A DNA stretch of 63,278 nucleotides, the filler included, from Choristocarpus tenellus KU-1152 (taxonomy: Eukaryota > Protista > Phaeophyceae): the NCBI GenBank assembly GCA_964200185.2. It is 9 parts of 9 records of this genome, joined end to end, with 100 filler letters (N's around TTAATTAATTAA, not from the genome) between each part and the next. Parts side by side here need not be neighbours in the genome. Positions count along the whole stretch, not along the records: positions 10,964 to 13,593 come from CAXNAD020026130.1; positions 13,694 to 17,271 come from CAXNAD020019147.1; positions 17,372 to 31,806 come from CAXNAD020001193.1; 6 more parts are not named here. One strand, 5' to 3'. Shown piece after piece: positions 13,288 through 27,700 of this stretch. Position 1 is the stretch's first letter. The number at the start of each line of letters is the position of its first letter. Below the pieces are notes generated by a model. It had not been told where the DNA came from, made no database searches, and worked only from the letters and a program-made list of their open reading frames with translations. Both the position numbers and the translations under genes were made by a program.

Positions 13288-13593
13288 ATCACACCACTCC
13301 ACCGTAACGTCTAACCCTCGAAAGTCAATACCGATACAAGATTCTTGGAACACTGAATCATGGCTTATGAGGATGCGGTCACGGGCATGGGCTTCGAGCT
13401 TGATTGCTGCGGTGTCATGAGTACTAAAGAGACTGTGCGGTTCAAAGATGACGGCTGCTCATTTGAAGTCGTACCAATCGGTTCCCGTCGCCTATGCGGG
13501 GAGGTCCGTGAAGGAATGCGGAACCACAGTTTCATGGAATTCGAGACATGCCTTGACAACGCAAGGGTCAAATTATCTGGAGATCGGAAGAAC
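13288..13593 (+). mobile_element. 5' end of the unclassified dispersed element; ORF 13360 onward is truncated by the contig end
   Basis: Clear nucleotide similarity to the reverse complement of 3627-3905. Confidence 0.65.
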
Positions 13594-13870
13594 NNNNNNN
13601 NNNNNNNNNNNNNNNNNNNNNNNNNNNNNNNNNNNNNTTAATTAATTAANNNNNNNNNNNNNNNNNNNNNNNNNNNNNNNNNNNNNNNNNNNNGGGGGTT
13701 TTGTAGGGTGGTTGGTGGGGGTTGGGATTGGGGGGGGGGGGGGGTGCAGGGTTTGGTGTGGAGATTGAAAAAAAAAAATGTGTTGAGTGTGGCAGAAATG
13801 TGATCAACATTTGCGCGGGTTGGTTTGTAACAACCGTAAGAAACAATGCTTTGAACCCTCTCTCTTCCCC

Positions 13871-13872
<2 letters not shown>

Positions 13873-13907
<35 letters not shown>
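13873..13907. repeat. (CT)n microsatellite (another at ~15043-15068)
   Basis: Direct observation. Confidence 0.95.
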
Positions 13908-13909
<2 letters not shown>

Positions 13910-14389
13910 CCCTCCTCTCTCCTCTCTGTCGTTGTCCATGAGATGTCCATGAGATGTTCGTGTGAGAAGTTTTGTTGTGTTCCAACATACCAACATACCA
14001 ACATACTGGTGTGTCATACCGGTATGTCATCCACGTCGTTGGAAAGATAATAAAATTGAATGGCAAGAAGATCACTACATGGATTACAGCAATGTTGCGT
14101 ATTCATGGATCTAAACCTGTACTATTAGTGTACATGACATTTTCTGACTGTGCACTACTTCCAATGTCTAATATCACTACATATTATCAGAAGCAGAAGG
14201 TTGCCCTATCCTCATGGAACTACTCTCTCTCTCTCCCCCCTTCAACATCAACTCCCTGTATCTTTGACTGCCTGTCTAGGCTCCCCTGGCCAGCCATGTC
14301 GGGGCTGCTGGCATCCTTGTATATGAGCACTGTGGGGTTGGTGTGTGCAATGTGGCATGAACAACTGCCATACCAATACATCCACGCAG

Positions 14390-17271
14390 GTGGCCCTCAG
14401 AAAGAAGTATCGTCCGACCCTTTTGGTGTTCTCGAATGTAAGGAAGGCGGTGGCATGGACCCGGCAGAGGTCTCTGAGGTTAGCTGTGATGCTGTGGGAA
14501 AGGGAATGGTACTTGCCATACTTGCCAATGACAAACTGTTTCATCGAAGTGCAGCATTTCTAGAAGGTAAATCTTCACTTGCTCCCTAGCTCCCTCCCTG
14601 CTCAACAGGAGTTTGTACATCATGATTTTCTACTGCTGCTACTACTAATACTACAAATACTACTGCTACTTTTTTACTTTTTTATTTTTATTTTCATGTT
14701 AAAAAGAGAAAATCTTTGTATCCATGTTTTGAGGGCAGCTTTGATAAGATTTTTTATTTAAGAAACGGCCTCTTCCTTTTATTTTTGTTTATTGTAGAGA
14801 GTACGTTCAGGTAGATTTGTGAACTTTTTCTATATATTTATTTTTTTTTATCTTATTTGGGGGGAGGGGGGGAGGGGTTTCTCACTTGAATCTACCCAAT
14901 ATGCGTGATAGACAAGACCTTCTCCTGACGCCATCAGCGATGCCACTTTGTGCCCAAGTCTCTGTGGGAACTTAACGTTTATTTCATTCACTGCACTCAA
15001 TTGTTAGGGAATGGTGGGAAAGGAGATCCCAACTCCTTTATTTCTCTCTCTCTCTCTCTCTCTCTCTCATGTTTTCTGTGTGTGCAGAGGTGAAGGTGCT
15101 TCTTGACGAAGTCATTTCATATACCTTGAGTGAGCTGGAAGAGCTTGGTGCTCACGGGGAGCTGGAGTTCTCAGGAGATGCCTTTGGGGGCGAACAAGCT
15201 CGAATGGCCAAGTTCAGGTGCTCTAGCTACCCTCATCCCATGCCTTTGTTTGTGTGTTATCATGTTGCATTGAATGACGGATGGTGTTTTGTGGTGTGTG
15301 CATGGAGTCCATTTCCTTTGTAGTTACGATGTTTCCTATCTACCTGTTTGGTTGGGTTGTGCCCACGGGGTTGCAAGGTCTTGTTGCTAGCTGAAATGGT
15401 ATGTTTGCACTTGTGGTGGGGTCAGAGCTATGTCCATGCTCAGTGGTGTCTTAAGTGTTCGGCCTTCACTGACAAGAGCAGTGTCTGTGTCTGTGAGAGA
15501 GAGAGAGAGTACATGATTACATGACCCTGTACAGGAAAATAAATAAGCATTGAGAAATTATGGAATATGAAGGTTTTGAGGATTTATTGAATATTCCAGG
15601 CAAGCAGATGGTGAGGAGATAAGGAGATTGGTATGACAGTATCATTTATACTGCCATATATACCGCTAATGGTATATTGTTGGTTGTTCATACCATCATC
15701 GATTTCTTTCACAGTAGGTAATTCGTTGATCATACTGACCCATTGACTATAATAACACTTCTGTGTTTACCTCACTGATTTTGTGTGTGTCTCATGTGTG
15801 TCAAATTCCCCTGCCCCTTTACCCTTCCCCCATCTATTGTTCAACTTTGACTGATTTCTCTAGCAGTTGATGGGCCGAGGTCTCAAGATAGCTTCCAGCC
15901 ATTAGTTTGATGGAAATGTGCTTACTTCTAGTTTGGCAAAGAAGGGGGTTGGGGGGGGAATGGCTGTGTAACTTCCGTGGCAATTTCGATTTCTTGGCAC
16001 CATTGTTTCCTTTCCCAACAGTCATCTTGTTTTTAAACCAACTGAATCTTGGGTGCATTCTGTGATACCACTATGAAGTCCTTGTCAGCAGGTAGGGGTT
16101 CTATGGTACTGCGTTTTCTCGTTTGGGAGTAGTTTGGTCATCTTTGAAATGTCTCTAGGGAGTCCGATGTCATGAAGTAACCCACAGCTTACCAAAAATG
16201 TTTTGGGCTCGTGTGTGTGTATGATTTAGTGTGTTGAGTGAAAATAGTTCGAGAGATGATGGATTTTTCTGTGGTTGTAGCCGGTGGGGGGTGGGGGGGG
16301 CTTGTGTTTTTGCATTTCACTAACTCTTAACTTTCTGTAGACTTTACCTTGTGCATGTTATGTGCCGTAGGGAGGGCTTGTGCTGGTCTCATCAGCTTGG
16401 ATAGTTGTGTGTTAAGCGCTAGTGTAGGCATCCACAGTGTGAGGGATATAAGAACAGTTACATGCTGCCTGCATCAGTACTTCCTGGAGATAGGTAGTCA
16501 CCCTTGTGAACTGCCTCTTCTGCGAAGGCTATGCTTGCAGGTAACATTTCTCTCGGAGCTTCACTAGTTGGGTATACAAATATCGATGTTAATTACAACA
16601 GTACATATTTATCTATTGTTACTCCATGTGGTGGTTGCTACAAATGGTTTTGAGGTGAGGGTAATGGACATGATTTTTTTTTTAAGCAGCACCTATGCCA
16701 AGATTACATGTGCCAAAAAAAGGGTCAGTATGGACCTACAACACCACTAATCTGTAATAAGATAGACTCCATTCAACTCACGCACTCTATTTTTCAAGTC
16801 CCACAGACAAAATCGCGTTATTTTGTTGTACCGTGTTTGAATCCTTCTCCCTACCTCCCTCTCCCCCTTCCACTCTTCTCAAAAAACGCTTGGATCCTCA
16901 CCTCCTTCCCCCCCCCCCAATCTCCCAAAGGTTTTCATGGCTCACTCTTGACCTTGTGAATCAGCTTGTATCTACGATGTCCATTAAAGGTAAAGTACCA
17001 GCAATAGTTGTCTCCCTCGTAGAGGCCTCAGCAGGTGCTGGTGCCAGGGGCCGTGGGGGGAGGGGGGCAGTTGCATCTAGGGACAGGGGTGGACTTCCAG
17101 GATACTTCCGGGAGACAGTGAGGTTTCTCTCTCAAGCAGCCCATGCTGGGCTCCGACCATTGAAGGAGGCCCCAACTTTGGAGTTGACTGGGGAAAGGAG
17201 TGGGGATATGGCGGGGGGAGGGGGGGGAGGAGACAATCATGAAAGGAACAGCTTGGAGGGGGGGGGGTCAG
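14390..17271 (+). CDS. Internal exons of an unidentified multi-exon gene
   Basis: Exons 14390-14566 and 15088-15217 join in phase (..FHRSAAFLE|EVKVLLDEVISYTL..). Exons 16371-16540 and 16965->17271 join in phase (..LLRRLCLQ|LVSTMSIKGK..). An intervening exon was not resolved. Confidence 0.6.
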
Positions 17272-17399
17272 NNNNNNNNNNNNNNNNNNNNNNNNNNNNN
17301 NNNNNNNNNNNNNNNTTAATTAATTAANNNNNNNNNNNNNNNNNNNNNNNNNNNNNNNNNNNNNNNNNNNNCCCTCCCAGATACTTTGGGTCTGAACAC

Positions 17400-19400
17400 C
17401 TCACGAAACAGATTTGCCCATCCCTCATCCCCCACCCTCGTCACCCGCAGAATCTGACGAGGTATTAGCTGTACTCCCTCTCCTCTGCTCAACTCTCCCT
17501 AGCTCCTTGCAAAACTTCTGCAGCAAGTCCCCATCCCGTTGGCTGGATTCCAGCTTTCCTTCTTCTGACTCAATCCTTGGCGAGCAACATGCCACGGGGG
17601 AGACAGCACTACTCGATCTAGAAGCAAACTTCCTCCTGCTGTATGGTCCTGGACTACAACACTTTTTCAACAACAAATGGGCAGGAGGAGATAACCCCTA
17701 ACTACCTGTGGTATATGGGAACGTACATAGTAGTGGTCTCCCTTTGAAATAATTCCCAGTGGCTCCAGATGGAGCCAACCTGGTCAGCAAACAGTGATGA
17801 GTTTGCACCCTTCTTCTCACCACTGTCATCACAGCACATGTGGCAAGGGTCTTGACACATTGGACTGTGATCAGGAAATTTGTTTTACATTCTTCCTCTG
17901 ATCTGTACGATGCATGTTGTCGCAATCCCGTACCTCTCAAGAAAGTTTAGGGATACCATCAGATCATAAACACGTGAACTCACCGCCCTCAGTCCTTCTC
18001 AGAAGCAAGTGTATAGATAAATCAGGATGCACTGGAAAATCTGGCGTTTCTGTCATAGTTTGGAGTTAGCCCTTGATCGCTACATTTACTTGTACTTTCA
18101 TCAACTCTATGAGTCGCTTCTCCTCCTTCATGTCTTTCAGGCCTTCCTTCACGGACATGGCAGCACGCATGATTGGTACTGCCTGAGAGACGTTCTCATC
18201 ACTATACAATTTCTGCATTTCCCTGCAGTCTTTGCACTTGTCCCAACCTTAACCTCGTCCTCTCGGTTACGGTCCATCTTGGTCCGTCTGGTCCGTCTTG
18301 CCCTATGATTCTCTTCACCACCCTTGACTGAGTGAAACACACCACCACAGAATCATCCGATTCAAACTCGAAACCATATCTGGCGTAACTCATATGGCAT
18401 ATATTATGCTTGTATGTTTGATAGATATCGACAAAAGACGAGTAGCCTATGTTATAACAGGTTCCAGTAGCGACAATGTTGAATTCAGACAGAGTGACAG
18501 GTGAAATTTTGGGTTGATCACTGACCAAACATGCCGAACGCCAAAGCCAAAAGAAGGATACGTCGGCAAGAACACCTTGCTGAGGTGTTAGAGGAAGCAA
18601 GAGAAAAGGAGCAGAACATCGACAAGAACGGGTCGGTCCAGGACATGGAGCCATCCATGAATCATGACTCAGACTCAAATTATTCTAATAATCACTCCTC
18701 AAAGTCGCCCAACAATTCAGAAAATGCGAATCTTTGACGAGGTTCCCCCTCATCTCCCCGAACAGATTGTCTTGGTTGTACAGGAACTGTGTCATCGACC
18801 CTCGAGCATCTTGTCAGCTCGGGCGACCATGAAACCCCCTTGTCCTTTTTCAGAACAATGTTTCCCCACTACGTTCAACTGGTCGTGACGTGGTCACTTT
18901 GCAGGCACAGTTCGACAATGCCATCCCAGCGTTCATTGCGCACCATGTCAACAATTGCACGAGAAACAATGCCGTGCGGCCTGAATGCTTCAGGCTCTCT
19001 GAAAGATCAAGGCTCGTGGACAAACTGCTGACCATGTAAGACCTGTCGGAAGCAGTAGCGATGTCTCGCATGGACGTCCAACATCTGAAGGAAATGGTTT
19101 TAGATATTCCACTGCAGAGATCCCTATTGGTCTGAAGATCACAGGTTCTAGAGAAGATTGCCCGCTTTTATTCTCTAACTGGGATGTCGCAACCACTCTA
19201 CTCTCCCATCAATACAGCCCTGTATCCCTAGAAACTATTGATGGTCGTTACGATTTTTTTTCCCAAAATTCTTGAAGATTGGCGTCGAACATCTTATTTT
19301 TAGACGTTGACCTATACGATGGAATGGTGTTCTTTTTAATTGCTTCAAATTACTCTCAATTACAAGTAAGATTTCCACCTTGGTCTTTAATTTTGTATAC
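17400..19400. mobile_element. Degenerate coding-like relics (minus ~17400-18350, plus ~18530-19400), probably transposon-derived, unclassified
   Basis: Fragmented intronless ORFs with many stops; ETPLSFFRTMFP weakly recalls piggyBac-type N-termini. Confidence 0.25.
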
Positions 19401-19520
19401 TTAATCTGTGTGATAGCCATCTTGCAACTAAGGTATACCTTTTAGGTAACCTTCCTTGACCTTCGTTCGAAATCGATTTCGGTTTTTGCACGCAGGTTCG
19501 AGTCCTGTCGTTGTCGCCAC

Positions 19521-19730
19521 TGTGAAATAGATGGAAACAGGCAGATAGGTTCTTCAGACTGAAGGGGGGCGGGGAGACCCACAGGAGGAAGGGAATGGAG
19601 ACAAGGCAGGAGGGTGAGTAATCCCTCAGAAAGTCACTCAGGGAGGAGTGAAGAGGTAAAAATGAATGAGGGGGGGTTGTAAGGTTCACTCAAACCACAC
19701 GACATTTAACAAGCAAATGCAAACGTCGTA
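19521..19730 (+). repeat. Dispersed repeat, LTR-like; homolog at 41204-41440
   Basis: Both copies start TGTGA..AGATGGAAACA...AGGTTCTTC...TGAAGGG.GGCGGG.AGACCCACAGGAGG and stay collinear for about 200 bp. Confidence 0.65.
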
Positions 19731-21754
19731 TCAGGTAACAGACTTGAAGTGACTTGAACATATCTTCTCAAGGAAGGTCACCATAAATTTACACCTTAGT
19801 TGGAAGATGGCTATCAAATCTCCACCAATCTTTTTTGTCAGAATAACTTTTACTGAGAGTATTTACTACGGTAGTATGTAGGAGCAGTGTTAAAATAGTG
19901 ATAGATGCTTCATATTCATTTTGATTTCTATGTCCACTAACATTTATTTGGACATTTTGTGGTTAGGATCGGGGAATCATCCTTACTTGGTTCACCTGAT
20001 ATAAATACACCTTGATCTGATTTCACAGTACTCTGAAGTGCTTTAAAATAGATCAAAGTTACTCCTAGCTCACCACAGTAAGTAAGAACTCTGTTTTAAA
20101 AACAAGTGGCCTCCTTATCTTTGCAGAGCCTCATCATACAAATATCCAGTACTTGTTTCCAGGGAGTCAAAATAGGTCATCGCACATATATGAACTCAAC
20201 AGTGTGCATGGCCTAGCTGACACCTCAATTGCATCAATGAGAACTGAGTGTCTCCCTCACACCCTTCTTCAGAGTCCTTAGCCCTGGCCAACATCACCCA
20301 ACTGACACTGCAGCTTACACCCTCTCGCCACATGATGTACAGGTGATTACAATATGTTATCCCTAAGGGCTCCTTTCTATACTTACTCAATATACAGCAT
20401 CACACCTCTTCTTGGCATCTCTGAGAGCAAGTCAGACATAAATTTTCCTAAAATGTCTCAATGCATCCACGATCAAGTAGTACCCTTTACAATCGTCAGA
20501 AGCCCAGCCTATGAGCAAGAGTTCCACATGGCAGTTAGTTACAATTACCAAGACAAATCAGGTCTCACGTCTGCTGGGGAACATTGTTCAACTTCAATAA
20601 TGTAGATATATGAGGACAAATTGAAATAGACCTGATGGGTCTATATAAGAGTATCCTCGGAGGAGCTTAAATCCTTGTTAGACATACAAACTCCATTTCA
20701 CGCTTCTGGGATCATCTTGGTTCGTACATCCACCTTAAGGATTCCCCTACCCCCCATCCAACCCCCCCTTAAAATGGCTATATGCAATTCATTTCTTCCC
20801 ACTTTCTAGAAACTGGACTTAAAAGACACCATGTAAGTGTAGGGGAGGGTTAACAGAGACCTTATTCATATTGCAACAGATCGTTAATCCCGCTCCCTAA
20901 TCCGACAGATTGTCATTAGTCACTGAGTATATTTCCCAAACTCCCTTGATCGGGTACTGCATCATTGAGAGCACCTCACCTCCACAAATGTTTCGAGCGT
21001 TCATTGGTACTCAATCTAAAAGAAGACTCAACAATCAACATTCGAGCTTGCTTGTGTGGAACAAGCAAAATTGTACACGTGAGATTGCCTAAACTACTCA
21101 ACTACTGGGCTTTCAGGGATAGTACAATAGTTATGTAGGGTAGGGAGCTTACAGCCAGGGAATGAATGCGTTGGGGTTGTATGCCAAGGTCAGAGTGGTG
21201 TTCCAGTTGTGGGCTGGATCACAAATACAAACCTCACACCTCAATGTATGGGTTAGGTCTGACTTTGGTTTGGTCGAAGATCCTGCTGTGAGTGTGCAGG
21301 CATTGCCCTATGCTGATACTTTTGCGAAAATGAGTGTAGTTCACTAAAGCTCTTGCAAAAGACCTGACCAACATAGCTGCAATATGTTGAGTATGCAGCT
21401 CATGACATTCCTTGCAGCCTTGAAAATAGACCAGAAGGTAAGCCCTCAAGTACAGTCGATTGAAACCCCGTTCTGAAATCCATTTCTCTCTGAACTGCTT
21501 TGCTTGTACACTGTTGATCCATTTGCAAAACAAAGCCATTACATAAATCTGGCTACGTGATCACATACAGCTATGCAGCTGACATGGACACAGGCAAAAG
21601 AGAATCCATAATTGATAGTATAAAGAATTGTGAAGAGGAGGAACATAGTTGATGGTGAGAGGCCATTGAGTGAGATGGCAGGGTGGCAGGAAGAAGGAAG
21701 GGAGCACAGGCTTAACGATCTTCAACATGATATCCACATGTCTGTTTGGTCGTA

Positions 21755-24700
21755 TCATGTCATGGTGACTTTCTTCCGTCGCTTGAAGGCGTTATCAATG
21801 TCCCCAACTCCAGACATTTTGTGCTGCATCTTTGTCGCCATACTTTGACGAAGAGAATGGTGACACAGACCAACACAGACAAGCACAGACAAGACAGAAC
21901 AATTGGAAAAAATAATCACACAGGTCAGAGAGCAGTTTACACTATTGATAAACATCAAACATTATGATGCACTGATTAGGGTCCTGACTGCACAGCACCT
22001 GTCATGATACTATACCTGCAGCTAAACGTAAACTTCAATTGGTCCGTGACACATGTCTGTTTCTTTATGTTGGCGAGATTTGCACCACAACCCCCCTCCA
22101 CACCAGCATTGCAAGTATAATTCTCCTTGCGGGTACTTACTGTGTCTCCTGTGCCCATGCTGAGTCCCGTTGTGTGGTGTCTTCATTTGCAAGGTGTGTC
22201 CACTTGGTCTGCCCTGAACGACCAAACTTCTTCACCTGGATGACATCAACAGGTCATTGTAGGTAGGGTAACCAACATGGCTCGGTTTAACAACTCACTT
22301 GATGCACATGATTCCCTCCAAGACACATAGTATATACAAGAACACCACAGCAGTTGACCCACCAACACTTCACACCTGCATTGAGAGCTATTTCAAACAA
22401 GAGCAGAGTACAGTACCGATGACAAAACTTGTACATTCAAAATTTTTGTTCCTATTTCTCCCCTAGAATTGTTGCAAATGTTAATTTGTAGTATGTTGGG
22501 TTGAAAATCACCAAAAACTCCATTTTTTTTGTTGTGGAACTTTTCCATAGGCACTCGTAACTGTCACGTAAAGGGGAATTTTCTGTTCTAATGATACATG
22601 TGCATGTTTAAGTTGGCTGGTGCGTTGTGCATGGCTGCAGCAAGGTAGTGTGCAGATAGTACTCTTGCTCTCAAGCAGGGTCAACCCATCACATCCCCAT
22701 GTCACACAAACACCAACTTCCTGTGGCAAGGAAACATCCAGATCACACATACTTCAAGAGGCAAGAAAAAGTGACTACAATGTGCTTCACTCTATGGAAG
22801 GAGTATATAGAATATAGGATGTTACAAACAAGGAAAAAAGTAAGAAATAATATATCTCACATATATTCTACATACGGTGTTCTCACTAACATTTCAAATT
22901 TCAACAGCATACCCCCAGTACAGGTAGGTAGTACAGTAGATTATGAAGCTCATATAATATGTTCAAGTTTTGCCCTAAATAGTAACAACAGTGCCCCCAA
23001 AATGTACAGAAGAACCGGAAGACGTTACGTTTCAAAAAAGAAACACAAAAACCAAAAATATGTATGACCATGGATAGTGTACAAAAAACATGAGCGAGAC
23101 ATGCAAGATGCCCCCCAGCCTAAGTCAACCACAAAACATCGTGCCAGCTAGCTAGCACCTGTGTTTTGGAACTTGCCTGCATGACACGTGGCATCTGTGT
23201 TTTGTCAAACTTGTCCTCCAGTGTTGGCTCATGGTAGCTTCGTCGACGCACGTCATCCTTCATTTTCACCGATTCTTCATCCTGACAACCCACATTCCAT
23301 CAAAAGGACACGTTAACAGTTATAGCCAATCCCAATTTCTGAATGCAGAGGTTAGATAGTTCCTATTTTAAAAAAGGATGCCATTTCACAGCATTGCCAT
23401 GAACAGAACTACTAGATTCTAATTGCCCAGGCTGACTTCATGACTAAATCAACGTAAGGTTTGGGGGAAAGTAGATCTAATGAACTAATGTGGGGACTAG
23501 AACACAAGGGTGCTATGGGGTACCCATGGCAAATTTGAGGCATAAGATACACCCTCCACTGACAACACCTGTGGTGACTCACCATGTAGAAAGCACCCTT
23601 GTGGTAGTACTTTTGCATGAACTTGATCTTGCCCTTGTCCTTTTCTTGGTTCTTGCCCATCATTGCATCCTCCAACCGCCTTTGATCATCTGTCATTGCT
23701 CTTCTTCTCTCAGTGTCCTCCTTCTCCTAACAATTATATACATAACCCGCATATTTATCAATGCCACATGTAAGATGTAACACAATTCTACTTGCTCATC
23801 AATTCCACACTTCCCTAACCTCCCTCCTGCAGCAACACTCCCATCCATCCTTGCTCCACAAGTTAGACGCCGTATGCACCCTTTTTGGTAAGCAAGGACA
23901 ACAAGGCAAGGTAGTCAGAGAACACACCTTGACAAGGCGTTCCTTCTCCTCCTTCTCCTTTCGCACCCGTCCCAGTTCCCGCACCTTCCACTCCTCATAT
24001 GCTAGTTCCTGCAGGACACACAAGCGCACAAGCATATGGAGCTGAGGTTCAGGGTGGAATATTGTTGTCATAGGAAATGGATACATAAATAAGTGAGGTG
24101 GCTTAACAAAAACCCACAGAGAAGGGAGGGGGGGAAGGGAGGTATTACCAACAGCAACATATGTAGAATGTGTTACACCTGTAGAATGTGGTCACTCTCT
24201 CATGTAAACAAAAACAGCAATAAAAATGATGTTGAGGAGCTGGGACATCATAATCCCAGTACCATTTCCATGTAGCATACAATACATGGCACTACATAGC
24301 ACTATGTAGTAGGCGATAAATCTGGGAAAGATAATCGCGCGTGTTGAGGATGGTCTCAATTGATCATACTAGTCCCAATAGGAATGGCACCCTGGTACAG
24401 AGTGCTCAACCGCGACCAAGTTGGTGACACCAACACACCACACTTCCACTGTGATAGCAACAAAAAGGCCAAACAACCACATCTTCTGTGCAAAAACTTC
24501 AACTTCCACTAAGGAACATGACGCCCCTTTCTTCCCATTGATCAACGTCATCAACCCAAGGGAAACCCAAGGGAGACTTCAATTACTCCCCTTCATAGAA
24601 GGGACACTCAGCACCCCCAAGAGGGAGACTGTGGGGACACTCAATGACAGGTTGTACAAAACACAAAAATTCTGAGGTTTCTTCTTGTAGTCACAAGAAA

Positions 24701-27700
24701 AACGTTTCTTAAAAAATCGTAAGCGCAGGCTTTGCCTTCAGTTTTCTCAGGCTAAGCATGGCTGATCTGTGTTCTGATTTTTTAATTGACATCACGGAGC
24801 AAGTGTCCACACATGGGTACACATAGGAGTGGCAGTTGTCATGCTCCACTTGTCGTTCAAAAGCCAACAGACATTTGTAACAGACATATTTGTATAGGAA
24901 AAAAACATAAGAGCCATACACCACAGACCTTGAAATAAAAACGGGGTGTTTTACAATGAGCAAACCAAATAGCACAGAGATAACAGCTGTCCCCTTCTAG
25001 CTACCAAGTTGCTACTTCTAGCTACCTACTTTTATTACGCCTGTAAGAGTGAGATTTATTGGACCTTGCACACATTGTAGTTTTGTTGAGTATAATGTTG
25101 TGTACAAAATTGGATGTCTTCAGTCTGGCTGGCAAAATGGAGTAGCTTTTTGTACGCCTGTCACAAAAAATTCACACCAAATACAATACAATACAATACA
25201 ATCAAAGAATGAATAATGTGCTCATGCATGTGAAACACAACCAACGTTCCAAGTCAAACCTGACCCCTAACCCCTCAACACGGACTATACTACCCTCGCA
25301 TCACACCCCACAACTACGTTCAACTCATTCCACGCCAGAGGCTAGTTCCACGAAAAGGCAGACCCATACAAGAATGTCTTTGAATAACATACAAGAATGC
25401 CTTTGACTAACAAGCAAAAGTAACCAACAAAATTCACATCTAATTTTTCTCAAGAATATTCCCCCCACAAACAAACACACAAAAACACAAACCAGCAAAT
25501 GTGGGACACATGTACCTCATCCATGTCATCGTCATCATCAGGAGCACCTCCCTCGCTCTCATTGTCTTCTAGATGGTTCTCTGTCATCTCTTCTTCTCTT
25601 TGCACCACCTCTGCCGCCAATTGTCTCGTCTCTCGCTTTCGGTTTTCCTGCCATGGTAAAAAAAAAGAAGTTCCCGGTGTGTTAACAATGGCAAGAGAGG
25701 GGGAGAGCAATCAAGTCGATGCGGGCTCACAAGAAACGGCATTTGGAATTGAAGAATTGAAAAAGGCATTCGTGTTTTTGGTGAACATTCAGTCTTCTTT
25801 TCAAATAGGGTTAGGGTTCTTACAGACACACAGTGTGAGCGTGACTATTATTGTGTAACGGCAGGGTCCTCGCTAGTATCCTCATACGTAATGAACCAAG
25901 ATGAAATCGATACATCAATACATGAAATACGTAACACAAAAATGTTGGTACTTTACTACTTTTAACTTCACATCAGCATCTTGGACTACACCTCATGGTG
26001 CTAGGGGCTAAAGATCCAATTGTAAACTTGACCTACTAGAACCCGACTTCATAGGAGGAGACATTTGTAGACTGTAGACAAAAACGAGTACCTTGTATCG
26101 TCACAAGCCTGACTGGGACTGGGCTATGTAAGGGAACTGCCTCCTAATTGTGATGGACAGCACTCCAAAACACAAGTCACACCAAGCCATACCAAGCCAA
26201 ACCAAGCCACATCGAATCACGCCAAGGGTTGGGCCCTGTGTGACCCACACACACATCGACGTGAGGTCAATAGGGTCAACCTTTGACTCCGCTCTGTCAA
26301 ATTTCCTTCATAGGTACGTTCTCCTCGATACCCCCCTTTGTATCTCTGCAGCCACTCTCCTCCTTGGCATCAATCACCACCTCATTGAACTATTGAACCT
26401 CAACCATGTGCATCCTTCACTTCAATAGCCTTCAACCCTCCCTTGACAACTTCCCAACACACTGTACTGTGGGAACCATCCCCCCCCCCCACAGCATTTC
26501 CCCCCTCACATTCTGAATGTTCCGCTTCCTTTGCTTTTCTTCTTCTTCCTTCCGCTGGCGTTCACGTTCAATCGCTGTTTCCCTCTTAGCCTTTGGCACA
26601 AACACAGGCTTCAACACCTACACTCAAGTGGTATGAGGGAAGACAATGCATCAAGTGGTACGGTGGAGGACAACACAGCATCTCTCAACATCCTTGTGTA
26701 ATGACCCCCAAGTGTTGCTGCAGCTACTGCTTTTTTCGCTGGTGAAACACCCCTGCTCTTCTCGTTTCCTAAGCAATATCACACCTATCAATACATAACA
26801 GCGACTACAAAGTACTACAGAATGCATCCCAAGTAATTAGGGGAGAAGAGCACACATGAGGAGACAAAAAGGAAGAGTCAAGGAAGTGAACAGCTCTAGA
26901 GGATGCAACAATCAGGTTCTAAGAAAGGGGCAATCCAGGAGAGCAAAGGATAGCTACACTACTTCTATTTTGTGTAGCTTCAAAAAGCTTTTCCCTGAAA
27001 TATTACAAATGCAGGCATACTCTGCCATATTTCTTGGTTTTATTTGAGGCCAATTTTTGGCATTATTCTTATTATTTTACATTGCGGAGCAACTACGTAC
27101 ACATGGGTACAATAGTTTTGCCATAACTGACTGATACTTCAAAAGATTATTTTTTTTACATTTGTGGGTACACACCATATAGCTATATACTTTGTGAAAA
27201 CAAAAACTACCCTTTTTTCCAATAGAAGTTGGCAGTACATGGGTCTACGATGTGTAACCACAAAAAGGAGAAAATCCAGCTTTTGAACAGGAAGTTGGAT
27301 ATGGCAAACACTACGCTCAGGAGTTGGTACTTGCTCTGCCAAAAAAAGATCAGGTCACAAATTGGCTGTTATATCCCATATCCCAGTTAAAAATGCACCA
27401 TATCCCAGTTTTAAATGCACCATATGCCCATAGTTGAGGTTTTTCAGGGTACAAATTTACTAAACTGTAAGAGATTACATAATTGATAAAAATCAAAGTC
27501 ATGCAGGCAAGGTCCAGAATTTCAATGATGCAGATGTGGGCAATGCGGTAGTGATTGCATACATGCAGTGCACTGGCCACTGCATTAACTACATCACAAC
27601 ACCACAAATTGTAAGTCTGGCAATAGTAAAGCAGGAAGCGTTGGGTCATATCCTTACCTAAGAATCACAAGTCAGCACCAGGTGTGAGCAAACAGCACAC

